Assembly (NCBI GenBank): GCA_010909165.1
Contig: MU008162.1
Span: 1,550,001-1,614,000, forward strand
Source: Anthoceros angustus
Lineage: Eukaryota; Plantae; Anthocerotophyta
DNA: 64,000 nt
Direction: 5' to 3'
The notes beneath the pieces are model-generated. The model made no database searches. It worked only from the letters and a program-made list of their open reading frames with translations, and was not told the origin of the DNA. This document shows positions 24,214 to 40,120 of the stretch, piece by piece; the first letter of the stretch is position 1, and every line of letters starts with the position of its first letter. A program made the position numbers and the translations under genes.

Positions 24214-25704
24214 ACGCGCTCCAATTTACTAACAGTGACAGATGAATACAACACTTAGAACATAGAAGCAACAAAGCATGAGCATTTAAGCTTGCATGTG
24301 GCCAACCTAAAGATAACTCAAAGATGAAGGGTACAATCGTACAATCTATTACCTCAAATTAGAGTATATCTCAAGAATAAAAAATATCTATGTTGCGATC
24401 TTATTCAAATTGATAAGTATCAATCCATGCAGTTTTCAAAACTTTGGCAATCATAAATAACATGGTATCACATGAAAGGATAAAATAAGACAATGATGGA
24501 GAGAAAGAATAAACTCCTTGATCATCTTCTTCTTCACATATATAGAACTAATGTCTCTAATATCTCGAGAACATAACAGATCCTAATTAAAATGTCTATA
24601 ATATTTCGAAATAAAATGGATGTTTTGTGGATAAGTATAACCAAATATTACATCAGTTTTATTTTTTGTTTAAATTATTTGAACATAAGTAGCAACTTTG
24701 GAGATCTTCTAAATATGTGAGACTTTTTACAAAGAGTGTGTTTTGTTTTGAAAAAAAAGGATGAGCTAGCGGAATCCGAGTGTCTTGACAACAAGAAGCT
24801 CAACACTTGCCCTTTGTGGGTTGTGGATTGGATGGCTAACGAGATGGTTTTTATTGGTTAGCTTTTATGTGGCGATGGATGCAAAAGCGCACCGTGAAGA
24901 CAATCTTTGGGTATCTATAGCAAATGACGTACCTCACCTTTTCACCCGGATTGGGATTCAAGACTTTTTTTTTTTTTTGGACATTGGTGCCCCTCTCTTC
25001 CAGGCTGCCAAGGATGGTAAGCCTACGGAGGAGGAGAGGAGCCGTTTTGGGGCACTACTGTATCTCAAGCTAAAGCTGGTCCAAAGGGGGATGAACTTGG
25101 AATAAGGCCCAAATCATGGCAAATTTCACGCCAATTATCATGCATAGAACCACATTCATTCTCAATATATTACCAGTATGCTTCCCCTTTTTCATGCACC
25201 AAGAATAGATGTTGTCATTCCTTTACAAAAATCACGTGATCGATAGTAGAAATAGTAAACCCATGATCAATTATTTGTTTCACTTATAGTTATATAATAG
25301 CTTGTATATGGACATATATTAGTGTGGCAATCTCGATAAGGCATATTTTTTGTATAATACTCTTGCAATGACATGTAATTTTGATGAAATTTAATTTTTG
25401 TATAGTACTCTTCCATGGCAATTTATTCTCGATAAGATTTTTTTTTGTAGATAATACTCTCTAGATGATTCTCGATAGGATGTAGTTTTTGCTGTAAAGC
25501 TAATAGATGCAAGCCTATATATGTAGAGCCAGAGTTAGTCCATTGCAAGGATGGATGGAGACTTCATTATGAAAAAGAGTCCTCTGCAGGTGCTATAGCA
25601 TAGACTTACAAGGTAGTTTTTACTTATATTATATGTTTAGTTTATTATTTTTAATATGTGTATTGATTATTTTTCTAACACTTGATAGTGGGTACATATT
25701 TCAG

Positions 25705-26078
25705 ATGGGTCCAAGAGAGGTAAGAGTATCCAAAACATCTAAGGAGATAAGGGAGCTCTTATTCAAAAAGCCAAAATCTACCGTTGGAGGATGTATCCAT
25801 TCTGCATATTTTATTCGATTGACCGTGCATATGCAAAAGATAGCAATGAGGGAAAATGTTAAAGTGGAGGTCTTTACTGAGATGGGAGATGAGCGTTATG
25901 ATAGAGATGGTGTAGAAATCAAACACATGAAAGCTACTATGGATACTCCAGGATATCTTACAATGGAGTTTTACGATAAACCCGCAGCTTGTGTTTATTT
26001 GAACCAATATTGTGAACTCTTGTTTAAAACAGAGGACTTTGAGTTGATAAGCGATAGAATAATTTTTCCAAATATAAA
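25705..26078 (+). other. AT-rich orphan exon-like ORF
   Basis: Open frame bounded by tttcag acceptor and gtaagt donor (MGPREVRVSKTSKEIRELLFKKPK...). No recognisable domain. Confidence 0.3.
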
Positions 26079-27608
26079 GTAAGTATCTTATACTTGCTCA
26101 AGTTGCCTGACTGTCCTTGATCTTCATAGTTAGTTAGAAGTGGTAAAACTTGATAGATATTAAACAGAGAATAACTATAGCATTTGGGCCAAGATGTCAT
26201 TGACATGAAATAAAAAATGCTCTCTCTAGCAAGTCTCACACTTGGAAAACAGATACATTCAATCGGCATGGGCCATCCCAATTTAAACTAGGCTTCTTTA
26301 ATACACATTTTACTAGCTTATCCCACTGTAAACTAGGTTTCTTCTAGGCATATTTCAACTACCTAAGGTATCTTCCTCTTAGCATGGGGTAATTATTAAC
26401 CGTGCTGATTGTAAATTGTATACCTACATACATCTGCTCAGGATGTTCTGATCTCTTTTGTTGGAGCATAATCTCATGAACGCTGGATGGTTAGATAGAC
26501 CGCCGCCTTTGGTTAAGTTTGACCCTTCTATTCAAATTCCTCGACTGCCAAAGATGGTGTCGGACACCTTGTTTGTGGTGAGAGTGTTGGACACCTTGTG
26601 CTGCTATGGACACAGATGATGTATTAGCGACAGCCATCCGTAATGGCAGATTCTTGAAACACCACTTCGCCCCCTGCTTCTGCTCAATCTCTTCATCACC
26701 CACAACTTGCCGTGCGTTTTTTGGTGGCTTCCAGCCTTCAATTCCATCCAAACCTTCACCTCAGGACAGAAACTAGAAACTCCATCCTTGTAACGTAAGG
26801 TTCTATTCACCACGAATCCCTGAACTTGACTACCCACTCCTTGGACCAGAGTGACCAAGGAGGAATGGGATTCTTGATAATTCTCGCTGCTCGGAGCTTT
26901 CCTGTTCAGGGCCGGGCGACCCTGTTGTCCGTTCAGGATGAACAAGGCGGAGCCCAAGGCAGCACGAGCCAAGTCATCCGATGACTTGCCAAGTTTATGC
27001 CCAGCGTCCTCTCTCACAATCGTCTCAAACAGCACATCAGACGACGCTGCCTGTTTGTTCCATCTCACAAAGCGGGACGCCTATTTACTTCCAACTCCAC
27101 GGTTGCCTGAGATCACCAGAATTTGAGCTCTACTCTACAAGAAATTGCTGCTGGCTGTATTTGATGAGTCTGCGTTTTGATCTCCAAAAAATCTGGGGCA
27201 TCTATGTTTTCAGCTGTTACCGCTGGGAGCCATCAGGGCGCAATGATTTTTCTGCTGGGGCCGAAGGTGCCATCTCTGCAGGACTGGGGAATTAGCTCAC
27301 GCATAGATAGATACAAGTCTCCTGGATGTTAGAAGGATATCTGCCTATTTCCTGCTGCATGATGCTTATGTGCTCTTGGGGTCGTAGGGTTTGTCGGATG
27401 GGTCTTGCGCAATGTTTGGATCGTACGGTTGTGGAGGGGATGGAAAGCCAGTGCGCAGGTGATGCGACCCTGATGTCCAGGCTCGGGGCGGAGAATTGAA
27501 GAGCGATTTCTGGATGATGCGGCCACAGAGTCGTCCTTCCCCTGGCAGCATTTTTTGCAGGGGTTGATTCCAGCAGAGCTACTCCAGGGATCGCCCAAAA
27601 GATTCAAA

Positions 27609-30600
27609 ATGCCTTTCCTCGGTCGTCCCAAGATGCCAAACCTTACGGTGCCGGATTGCCGGATCAAAGTGTTTCTGAGGCTAAGACCGTCGGCAAGACC
27701 TTCCAAAACGATCCACATTGATGAGAAAACCAACACCGTGCGGATTGACTGGCAGAAGTACAACGCCGGAGGAGCTCCAAAACATTATACTGACCAGATG
27801 GTGTTCCCTTTTGATCATGTCATTCAGGTTGGCCCCAGAGTACTTTGTTCTCCACTTTTAACCTAGAGAGGTATGCTGAATACTGGAGCTTCTCCTGTCA
27901 CAGACTACCAGCCAAACTTCTGTTTATGATATCTGCTGCAAGCGACTGGTGGAAGAAGCTTTATGTGGTTTCAATGGGACTATTATGGCATATGGGCAAA
28001 CAGGATCTGGCAAGACCTTCACGATGACAGGAGATCCGAAGGTTATGTCTGTGTCGAGCAACACTGCGGATGGGTGTGCTGCACAGGTTTCATGACCCTA
28101 AAACCTGTGTGACGTTGCAGCCTTTTGGAGGAGAGTATCGGGGTGTTACACCTCGTGTTATACAACGGCTCTATGCTGAGAAAGAAGCAAAGCCACAGCA
28201 GAGGATTGTGATTTATGTCTCATACCTGGAGATATACAATGAGGTCTGCATGTTGGTTTCACCACTTGGTTGCCAAATCTGTGACACTTGCCCTGTCCGC
28301 CCATTATCTCATGAGCTGAACCTTGCAAATCGCTGCAGGGAATATATGATCTGCTTGCCAAGCCACCTGGAATATCAGGCCGTGTTGTTCAGCTCCTTGA
28401 AGACTTCGAGGGTCATCAAGAATTGCGAGGGGCTAATAAGATCAAATGTCATAACGCAGAGGAAGCTCTTGCATTCTTTTTTGAGGGAGAGAAGCACAGG
28501 TGTAATGCTGCACACATCCTCAATGAGGTTCGTGGCGTTCTTTTCTTAGAGCGTTTGAGGATCACCATGCTTGGTAGATTGTAAAAGGTGATATACGCGC
28601 ATGACATCAACGGATGTAGCAAATATGGGGGCAGAGGCAGAAAATGATGATTTCAGTAATTTTTGGCATTTTTCAATTTCTCAGAATTCCAGCAGATCAC
28701 ACTGTATCTTCACTTTGTATGTTGAGCGTCACACTGGGCCGCGGATGTTTCAAGAAACGACACTTGCAAAGCTGAACCTGGTAGATCTAGCGGGCACAGA
28801 AAGAACCAAAAAAATAAAGCCTGAAGGAAAGTCGATGAGGGAGGTCACCTGCATCAACAAGTCCTTATCATTCCTCGAACAGGTAAATGCAAAGCTACAG
28901 GTTTTGTTCTTGATGGCTGTGTGTCTCCTGCTCTGTTCTTCATGGGGTTTGGTACAGGTTAACTAATGTGGTTGTTGCTTTGAAGCGCCTTGCCTTTGGA
29001 CTTGCAGACCATATGGGCGCTGAGGTTGAGCTCATTTGAGCATATACCGTATCGACAAAGCCCGCTGACCACAGTGCTCCGGGATTCACTTGGGGGCAAT
29101 TGTAAGACGATTATGATTGCCTGTGCATGGAGTGAGGACTTTTGCTTGGACGAGACAGTGAGCTCATACCCACACTTAACAGTTGCGACATAGCTGCCCC
29201 CCCTTGTGTATCTTTTTCATCTACTGAAGTTGTCATGCAGATCAGTACTTGCAGGTTTGCTCAGCGTGTGAGATATTTGAAAACGAGACCAGTATTGAAT
29301 AAGAAGTGGACAACAGCTGCAGTGGAGAGGTTTTGTGGTCATGGAAGTTAGCGAGAACAAGTGCTTTTCATAGTAAAGCTTGTGGGCACTTCTAAACAAC
29401 GCGTTCATGGTTGCAGGAGATATGTCAGGCAAATATCTGAGCTCAAGCAAGAATTGGCACTCAGGGATGCACTTTCTGGCAGGACAAACATTTCCTATGA
29501 TGATCTCACGTACGTTTTTAGCAGGGTTTGGGTTAGGAGTCTGTGAGGCGAGAGAGTTTGTTACCATCTGTTCTCCGTCTTTCATTGATTCTACTTGGGA
29601 ACAGGGAGGATCAGAGAGAGGAACTTAAGGAGAAGATTAATGCTTATCTTACGGAGGACGCAGATATTGATAGTGTTCCTGTTGTGAACATCAAACAGGT
29701 TTCTGAAAACTTCCAAATTGCCTGTTCCTTCGGTCTGTGTTAAGTCAGAGAATTGGTTCCTCTTCAGGTGGATGTCTCCAATGGAGATGACCCTGGCAGT
29801 TCTGTGTCATGACTTATGGGTCTCTCTTTCGAAGTTCGTGACACGGGTGGATACATGCTCAGGTGAAAGAATTATTCAGCTTGTTCAAGGAGGCCCAGCT
29901 TTCTCTCCGTGCTGAGGTATTGTTACATACAACTCCCTATGCCGACAGAAACTGCACAACTAGAGACCTTTGTTCACGTGTCTGACCACCTCGTCCATCT
30001 GCAGCTTGAAAAGATGCTGGTTGGCTTCAAAGGCGATCCAGCTCTAGCTCCCCCTGAAGAAGAGCCGTTTCCTGATCCTTGTGATGGACCACTTGCTGTT
30101 GGTCTACTGGCTCCTTTCGTATGTCCTTCTCAAACCTTCAAAGGAATTTCTTTGTTCCAAGGTTTTATAACAGTGGTACCTGGCCCTGAGATGAGCTGGT
30201 CTGTGCAGGGTCTGGACGTTGGTTTAGCACCACCAGGTGCACGCCCTGTGTCTCCGGTGACTACACGTCAAGAACCTCATCCAGATGATCTGCTTGGTGT
30301 GCTTCGGGAACCAGACTTTGATCCAGCAAAAGTGCCAGCTTGCATTTGGGCAGAAGGCAGCAAAGGGAGATGTGCTGTAAGTCCTCAAGGCTCCACTGTT
30401 TGACACCTCCGTGCATTCCTGCTACTTGTAAGTCATATCTCATACCATTTACTGTCAGGCCTTCACCGAGTACAAGCACGCCACAACAGATGGCATTGAC
30501 CAGGACACGTACATGAAAAATAAGCATGATGAAATCAGGTGTGTACTTCACTGCTCTGTGAAGCTGGATCACCTTTGCATCTTTGTAACCCCACTAACTC

Positions 30601-31651
30601 TGTACAATGATGCACAGGCAAAAACGTCGTCACGCACGCGACCTTTGCAACTCTGTGAACGGTTACAAGCTGGAGATAGAAGAGCTGAGAGTAAGACAAA
30701 CATTGGCACTGTTGTTGACGCAAATGGTGGAATTGAAGACCTGCCTGTACATCAACTGCAACGATCTTTCAGCATCTGAAATCTTCCTGTTCTTATAGAA
30801 ACTTCTTGCCGCCGAGAATCAAAGAATCCTAGAACTCAAACAAGCAGCTGAAAAAGCTGCCAAAGAAGCTGCGGAAAGCAGTGGTCCGAAAGATCCTGCT
30901 CCACCCAAGGGTAAGGGAAAAGCTGTCACACCGAAGGGAGAGTCGAAGGGGAAAGCTGCTGCATCGAAGGGAGAGTCTGGTGCACTGAAGAAAGAGCAAA
31001 AGGGCGGAGTTGTTGCACCGACGGGAGAGCCTGGTGCGCCGGACTCTCCTCAGGCAGATCCTTTCATCAACGAGGAAACAATCAAGATGATGCAGAGGTA
31101 TGTGAAAGTAAAATTATCTACACTTTGAGAATCAGGTTATGGCTTACTGTCGCGGATATCGAGCATCTGAGTCCCTGTGCTCTCTCATCATGCAGGTACA
31201 AGTTTTTGAAAGCATCCTACGTAAGGGACCTGAGTGAACTGAAGGAAACGAAAGGCGAAATTGAGGTTCTACGCAGAGAGGTACTTGCTCTATGACCAGA
31301 CAGTTGCTCACACATCCATTCAGGCTGTGTCCATTGAACAAGGTGTCCATCGCACTTGCAGATGCAAGACAGCAAGAAGAAGCTGCTTCTATCCTTCTAC
31401 AGGTGGTTTGAGACCATCTGCCAATTCAAAGGAGAGAAAGATGGAGGGGAATTCATGCTCAGCACTCTTGATGACAAATATGTTCCAATACCCGAAGGTA
31501 CTCTTTCGTTTTTCTTTGAAAGCATTGCGAGCGGCTTGGAAACTCGAGATAAGTCACTTGACGTGCTGCCCTTCTATGTCCTACAGATCCAAGAAGCCCG
31601 CTGTTCACTGGCCCTTACATTCCCCCTGATAAGTTGCCCCCTGCAAAGTAA
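27609..31651 (+). CDS. Kinesin-9 family motor (KIF9/Chlamydomonas KLP1-like), many exons
   Basis: [82 protein letters not shown]. Post-motor [23 protein letters not shown] resembles KLP1/KIF9. Last exon ends PPDKLPPAK*. Confidence 0.88.
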
Positions 31652-31748
31652 GCACCTGCGCCTTTCGTCAGGCGGCCAATCAACTGTGACAGTTTTGATG
31701 ATAAGCTGGGTTAGACAAAGAAGGTGTATTACCTATGTGTTAAGGACA

Positions 31749-31756
31749 TTCTGGAA
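31749..31756. promoter_or_regulatory. Heat-shock-element-like TTCnnGAA upstream of the sHSP
   Basis: TTCTGGAA ~340 bp upstream of the sHSP ATG, with further GAA/TTC half-sites to ~31920. Confidence 0.35.
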
Positions 31757-32093
31757 ACATCCCGAACCGTTTTGAAAATCATTCATTCTACTGGTTGTTT
31801 CTCAAGCAACTTCGCACGTTCGTAACGGCGTGTCACGGTTTCTAACGGAACGTCCCAGAATCATCCAGTTCATCCGGACCCTTCTCCGTCGCCGTCCCAG
31901 TTCCAGTGGCTTCTAGATGGCGTGTGCCTCAAGCATATATTGGCTCAAGCAGGCCTCCAGCTTCAACGAAGTTTATTCAGTAGTCCTCTCTTTTGTCTCT
32001 CCATTAACGCTTACGTCTGTACGATCAACATTGAAGCCTGTTCTTTCTTGCGCATCGTGACTGTCGGCATTTCCATCTCGTGGTTGGAGGGAT

Positions 32094-32783
32094 TTGGTGC
32101 TCATGGCCAACAGATTGATGTCACGGAAATTGGCGGGCGGGCTGCCCAGCCTGAAGTCGTGCTTCAGCGCCAATGGCTTCACCAAGGGCTTGAAGAAGGG
32201 AGAATCCGGCACTTCTCGCACCATGGCTGCGTCGGCGGCGAGGGAGGTCTCGCAAGAGCACGAAGTGGAACGCAACATTGAAGATCAGAGGAAGGCAGGT
32301 CGGTCTGTCGGTCGCGGTGCTATTTCGCCTTTCGGCCTACTCGATCTGTGGCATCCGTTCTTGCCGACCAGGAATTTGAGGCAGCTGTTGGAAACTGTGG
32401 ATGGCATTTTGGAGGAGCCGACCTTGTTCGCGCCTCGATCAGCCAATGTCGCAGTCCCGCGAGCTGTTGGTCGGACGCCTTGGGACGTGGTTGAAGACAA
32501 TGAAGGCTTCCATCTGCGAGTTGATCTCCCTGGTTTGAGTAAGGACGAAGTGAAGGTCAGTGTTGAAGAGAACGAACTTGTCATCCAAGCGGAGCATTCT
32601 GAGAGCGAAAGCAAGTGGAAGTCACGGAGGGGAGCCAGCACCTACTTCGCTCGCCTGAAATTGCCCGAGAATGCCGAGCTCGACCGCGTCAAGGCAGAGC
32701 TCAAGAACGGTGTTCTGGATGTGACTGTGCCGAAGAAAGCGAAGGCTGATCCTAAGAAGGTCATCGATGTTCAAATTTCATGA
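32094..32783 (+). CDS. Organellar small heat shock protein (alpha-crystallin domain), intronless
   Basis: Basic presequence-like N-terminus, then LWHPFLPTRNLRQLLETVD, RTPWDV, LRVDLPGLSKDEVKVSVE and AELKNGVLDVTVPK. Confidence 0.93.
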   Translation: MVLMANRLMSRKLAGGLPSLKSCFSANGFTKGLKKGESGTSRTMAASAAREVSQEHEVERNIEDQRKAGRSVGRGAISPFGLLDLWHPFLPTRNLRQLLETVDGILEEPTLFAPRSANVAVPRAVGRTPWDVVEDNEGFHLRVDLPGLSKDEVKVSVEENELVIQAEHSESESKWKSRRGASTYFARLKLPENAELDRVKAELKNGVLDVTVPKKAKADPKKVIDVQIS

Positions 32784-33430
32784 ACATCGTGAACTAACAT
32801 TGCTGTCCCAGTCGATTTGTAGGCAATGTTGCAACTTGCTTTCCTCTCCTTTCTAGTCGATTTTCTGGAAATCTGGTAACTGGCTTCTGAAGAACGAGTA
32901 TATTGTCCCTCGGCTGTAGGACGGTTAGGGAGGCTCACTTTTTGTGCATAGCAATGGAGACCTCAGAAGACTTCTTTTTTGTCCTTCTCAGAGTCTTCAG
33001 TTTAGGTAGAAGCACGAGGAAGAATTCCTTCCTCTTATTGTACTCAAATTATTGAATCATAAGCAAATGCATCTGTTTCAATTCCGGTTTGGCAGGTCCC
33101 TGTGCAGAAAGTAGGAGAAACAGTCCACTTGAAACTATTCGTGCAACAATGGGTACACTCAACCTCCAGAACGAATACTTGAATACTCTAAACACATAGT
33201 GGCACGGTTGTTGCTATGGATTAAAGGTGCGCTAATATTCCAGGCCCATGATTCCTGCCAGAGAGCAAACTCTACTTAGTCTACTGTCGGATCTACTTCA
33301 GCCGCGAAGTACTTGTATGGAATTTACACCTCATCGTGCAGGCAACCTTGCAAAAAGGAGTAAAAGTCTCGCTAAAAAAATGATATCATTTGCTGAGTTG
33401 CAGTTGCAACATGGCAAAGCAATCGACGTC

Positions 33431-36109
<2,679 letters not shown>

Positions 36110-36197
36110 GCTGGATGCAGAACAACGAAATCCTCAAAAACGGAAGTAACTGCAGGAAGCGAAGAAGCATACTGGGCATGACCAGGTGATCCTACAG

Positions 36198-36261
36198 TTA
36201 TCACTGCATGTAAGAAGCACAGATCACGGGGGTGATCTGTGCTCCTTACATGCAGTGATAA
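36198..36261 (-). other. 30-bp-arm inverted repeat with a 4-nt loop in the AACT leader/5' intron
   Basis: Plus strand ttatcactgcatgtaagaagcacagatcac-gggg-gtgatctgtgctccttacatgcagtgataa. One mismatch, which is a G-U pair on the minus strand. Confidence 0.9.
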
Positions 36262-36544
36262 TATTGTTCGCTCTACAGAGAAAAAAGAAAAATTGCAAGA
36301 AGCTGTGACGATGATGCGCTGAATTCCTATCCTGCACGCATCGATCTGAATACGAGGGAGATTGGGTCACCTGGAATGCAGTCGAGAAATTCAACGCCTC
36401 GGCAGCGACGAGCTTCAGAAGAGCAGTCCGCTAGAACCAAAGCAAAACATGTCAGAAGGTCTCGATAATAAGGACACGGGAGTGGAGAGATGAGAGAGAA
36501 GAACCAAGGCCAGTGAGTCGCGACAGGTTTATAACCTCCGACTA

Positions 36545-36594
36545 GGCCAATTTCATTTAGAGTTTCGCGGGCCAATTTCATTTAGAGTTTCGCG
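36545..36594. repeat. Perfect 25 bp tandem duplication upstream of AACT
   Basis: ggccaatttcatttagagtttcgcg x2. Confidence 0.9.
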
Positions 36595-36754
36595 GGAATG
36601 AGCCTTGCATGCGTAAGAATTCAGGTTTCTAAAGACAGAATCGCGGCAAGTCATTTACACATATCCAGAGACGATTGAAACTCCAGGATTTGATGTTGTC
36701 GCAATTGCGCACACCGCGGAGAAGGTGTCGACTATTCAATACATGGAATACAGC

Positions 36755-38723
36755 CTATTGTTCTGAAAGAAGAGGAAAGAACGGGGAAACGGACCTCCCT
36801 GCGACCCACAGTTGTTGGCATCCGCTTTCCTGACAAGTGGACATGACCATGGAAGGGTTGTATCCAATGTGGCCCCTGCTGATCGGCTGACCCGAGGTCG
36901 CTGAGTAGAGGGATATCCGGTCGGAGCGTTCTCCAGGGCTGGCTACCGCCTTACCGTAGTGGCAAAATGCAGGCCGGTAGATGCTCTTACACCTGGTCAG
37001 GGTTGGGTGAACATGTCCCGAGAGCTTGTGAAGTGGTGTTGCGGGGCTTCTGATGTCGTGGATCAGAATCCTGAGGTCGTTGCTGGCTGAAAGCAGAAAG
37101 TTGGAGTCCCATGAGTTCCATTCCACCACATTGACCGCTGTCATGTGAGATGATTCCATGGTTTGCACGCAGGCATCGCTTTCACGCAAATCCAGCAGAC
37201 AGATGCGTCCTTGGGATCCACAGGCTGCCAGGACGTTGCAATCCCTGAAGGAAGGATACCTCCGTTAGGCAAAATGGGACACACATGTCTGCGTCGGTGG
37301 TATCTCTGGGAGTGAGTACGTACCTGAAGCGGATTCCCCTCACAGAGCCGTAGATAAAACCTGACATCGATCTTTTTTGCTCGAATGTGCCAGCCGTGAG
37401 GACAGCAATAGATACTGATGAGTCTTTGGAGCTAGTTGCAATCTGGCCTTGGAACTCATGCATGGAAAAGATGCCACCGTCGTGGAGCTCCGTAGTTTCA
37501 GCCATCACACGAGGAAGAGCTGCTTGCTGCTTGTTGATGTCCCACAGCACAACTCTTCTATCATTGGAGCTGGACAACAACAGAGTTGCATCACCCTGGC
37601 AGCAATGCTCTGTTAGAACAGACCTCGAGGGGCAACATATGAAACTCACTGACGAAAAGCGGGACCAGAAACTCACCGGTTGCGTCGATAGAAACTGAAC
37701 ATGAGACATCCATCCTGCACCTCCTTTCCAGGACAATAGTGGCGAGATCTCTTCCTCCCTGTCCTCTCCCGGAACGGGCACGCTTGATCCAAACACGGCA
37801 ATCCTGCCTTGGTGTCCAGCAGCAGCAAGCAGCACGGACTGCTGCTCACCGGAGAAGAGTGCATCCATCGTGTATATCCTAGTCAGGGCAGAATCAACAT
37901 AATTTTCTCCCCCGAGCTGAAATCCAAAAATCTTTCTTTCCGCAGCATTATTCCCCGCGACAGAGCCAAACCTCCCCTCACCTGCAGTAACATCTTCCAC
38001 AGAGCCAGAGGCTCCACCACCGCCTTCAGTCCTTGCCACACCAGCACCGGAAGTTGACCGCCAGCCACAAGTGTATCGAACAACGGACGACTCATCGTAC
38101 ACAACCTCCTTCTTTTCATCCTCCTCCTCATCTTCGTCGTCGTCCTCCTCCTCCTCCTCCTCCCCGCCTTCTTTCACACCAGCCGCTGCAGCATCCTTCG
38201 CAACAGGAGCCCCGCATCCCCTGGCCTGCACTCTGGCGCTCCTCCGCACCGGAAGCCTAGGCTTGGCCTCCTTCCTCACCCGAGGGGCTGCACTGCTCCC
38301 TCGAGTCTGCTCCATCTCAGTCTTGGCTGCCTCTATCCCCAGGCTCACCAGAATCTCAAAATTGCGCCGGATGTTCGCGGCCCTCTGCCTCTCGTACTCC
38401 GTGACGCCATCTGCCTCCTCTGCCGGCGCAGCCGCCACTCTCCTCCGCTTCAGCATGACGCCGGATGCCGCAGCCGCGCCTTCATCCTCGCCTCCATCCT
38501 TGAGCTTCCCATCCGGACCTGTTTTTTTTCCAAGCCCCGACGGCACGCCATCGTCCATCTTCCATCCCGCCGGCTCCGCTGCACCAGTATCACACGCCCG
38601 CTCCGTCCGCACCACATGCGACCTGAGCGTGGTTTGCCGCATTCCGCCGCCTCCTGCGAACTCCCCCAACGCTGGGTTGGCGCCAAACGTTCCCGCCATG
38701 CAAAAGCCCGGCATCCTATTCAT
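36755..38723 (-). CDS. WD40-repeat protein, WDR76/CMR1-like
   Basis: N-terminal TEYERQRAANIRRNFEILVSLGI, an acidic tract, then WD repeats (LLSSSNDRRVVLWDI, FLLSASNDLRILIHDIR). Start codon uncertain. Confidence 0.75.
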
Positions 38724-38929
38724 TCGCTCAGGAGTACTGTACAAGAAAGCTCACCTCTATGTTCACACAGGCTTTGTGCGTCATTGGCTCTAGCCTCTCC
38801 CGAATTCTTGCTCTCGCGGGTATATAAATCTGGATCTCGTAAAAACTCCTCCTCCTCCTTTCGTGAAAGAAGGAGGAGAAGTATATTGAAGTCCACTAAG
38901 GACGGAGTTTCTGAAGGAGAATATACGCA

Positions 38930-39905
38930 AGTCCATTAAGGACGGGATTTCCGTTATGGGACTGTTTGGTATTTCCAGAACAAGCGCGCATATGGCGACG
39001 GACCCACGCTCTGAACAATGCGAGCCCGGGTGTCAGCAGGCTACCCATGGAAGATGTATTCTTTAGGAAGACCAGGAACGATGTTTTGTCAAACCACGGT
39101 TCCTTCACCACCCACCAAAAGAATTCCTCCATCATCCTGTTGACGGCCTCGTCCTCGGACAAAGTTTGATCACATTCAATCAGAGCGGCAGAGAAAATCA
39201 CTGCTACCACTCCATCAAACAGATGTATCCACTTTCGCTCATTCCGTTGCCCAGCCACATCTAGCATTTTGTAGACACTCCTGAGACAGCCTCCCTTTTG
39301 GGAGCATCTGCAGGGGTGAACTCTGTTTCCACAATCCCCGCTGTCCGGACACGAGCATAAAGAACATCGTCTGCTGTTGGGATGTAACCTGGCTCCGCCA
39401 AACGTTGGATGTTCTCAGAAAGTAAGGAGGGCAACCAGAGAGCTGAAGTTCACTGGCCCTTACAAGGCTGCCTGAACAGCCGGGTCTCTCCAAAGCTTCT
39501 GGATGTCAGCAGCAACCTGTGGAGTAAGCAACGGCGGTGTGTCGGATGCCAGTACACTGGACAGCCGGTCACTCAAAGCCTTGCTGTCCGGTTGCAAAAC
39601 ATACCGGCTGCCACCTTCACCTTCAAGAGCCAACTCCTGACAGCCATGTGGAAGAATGTTGATGGACTGGTACACATTGGCGAACGCCACGGAGGTGTAA
39701 TTCTGGTGCTCCACATCGTCAATGCCGGACTGGAACAAAACCTTTATCTGTCTGAAGGTGGTAGATTTTCCTGATTTCCCAGCACCCAGCAGCCGGAGCT
39801 TGCGCACTCGTCTATCCCCTCTGCTCTCCTGAGCTATCCGCTGCTCTATTTGCTGAACTGCCGCTTCTTCAGAGTCCTCTGAAGACTACCCAGATTTAGT
39901 ACAGG
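38930..39905 (-). pseudogene. GPA1: Intronless heterotrimeric G-alpha pseudogene, near full length
   Basis: [73 protein letters not shown]. Colinear with plant GPA1 with no introns; carries frameshifts, stops and no ATG. Confidence 0.85.
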
Positions 39906-40120
39906 CACTGGCAGAATAGCTTAAACCCCGCCTAAACCCCAAGCCATTTGCTACAACAGCGAACAAGACCCAAGGATCCCCCTGCGGTTCTTTGATCCTC
40001 GTTTTGCAAGGTGTTGCCGACTGACCACAACCCCGTTGTTGCGTCATGCTCACGGAACTAAAAGGTGAAGGAAAGACTTCACTGTTGCTGACATGATGTA
40101 GTTGAGTGAAAAATCCTAGT

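Noticed and set aside
24785-27300. ORFs at 24785-25105 and 26491-27295
   Set aside because: No motifs or consistent exon structure; possibly decayed gene remnants, but not assignable.
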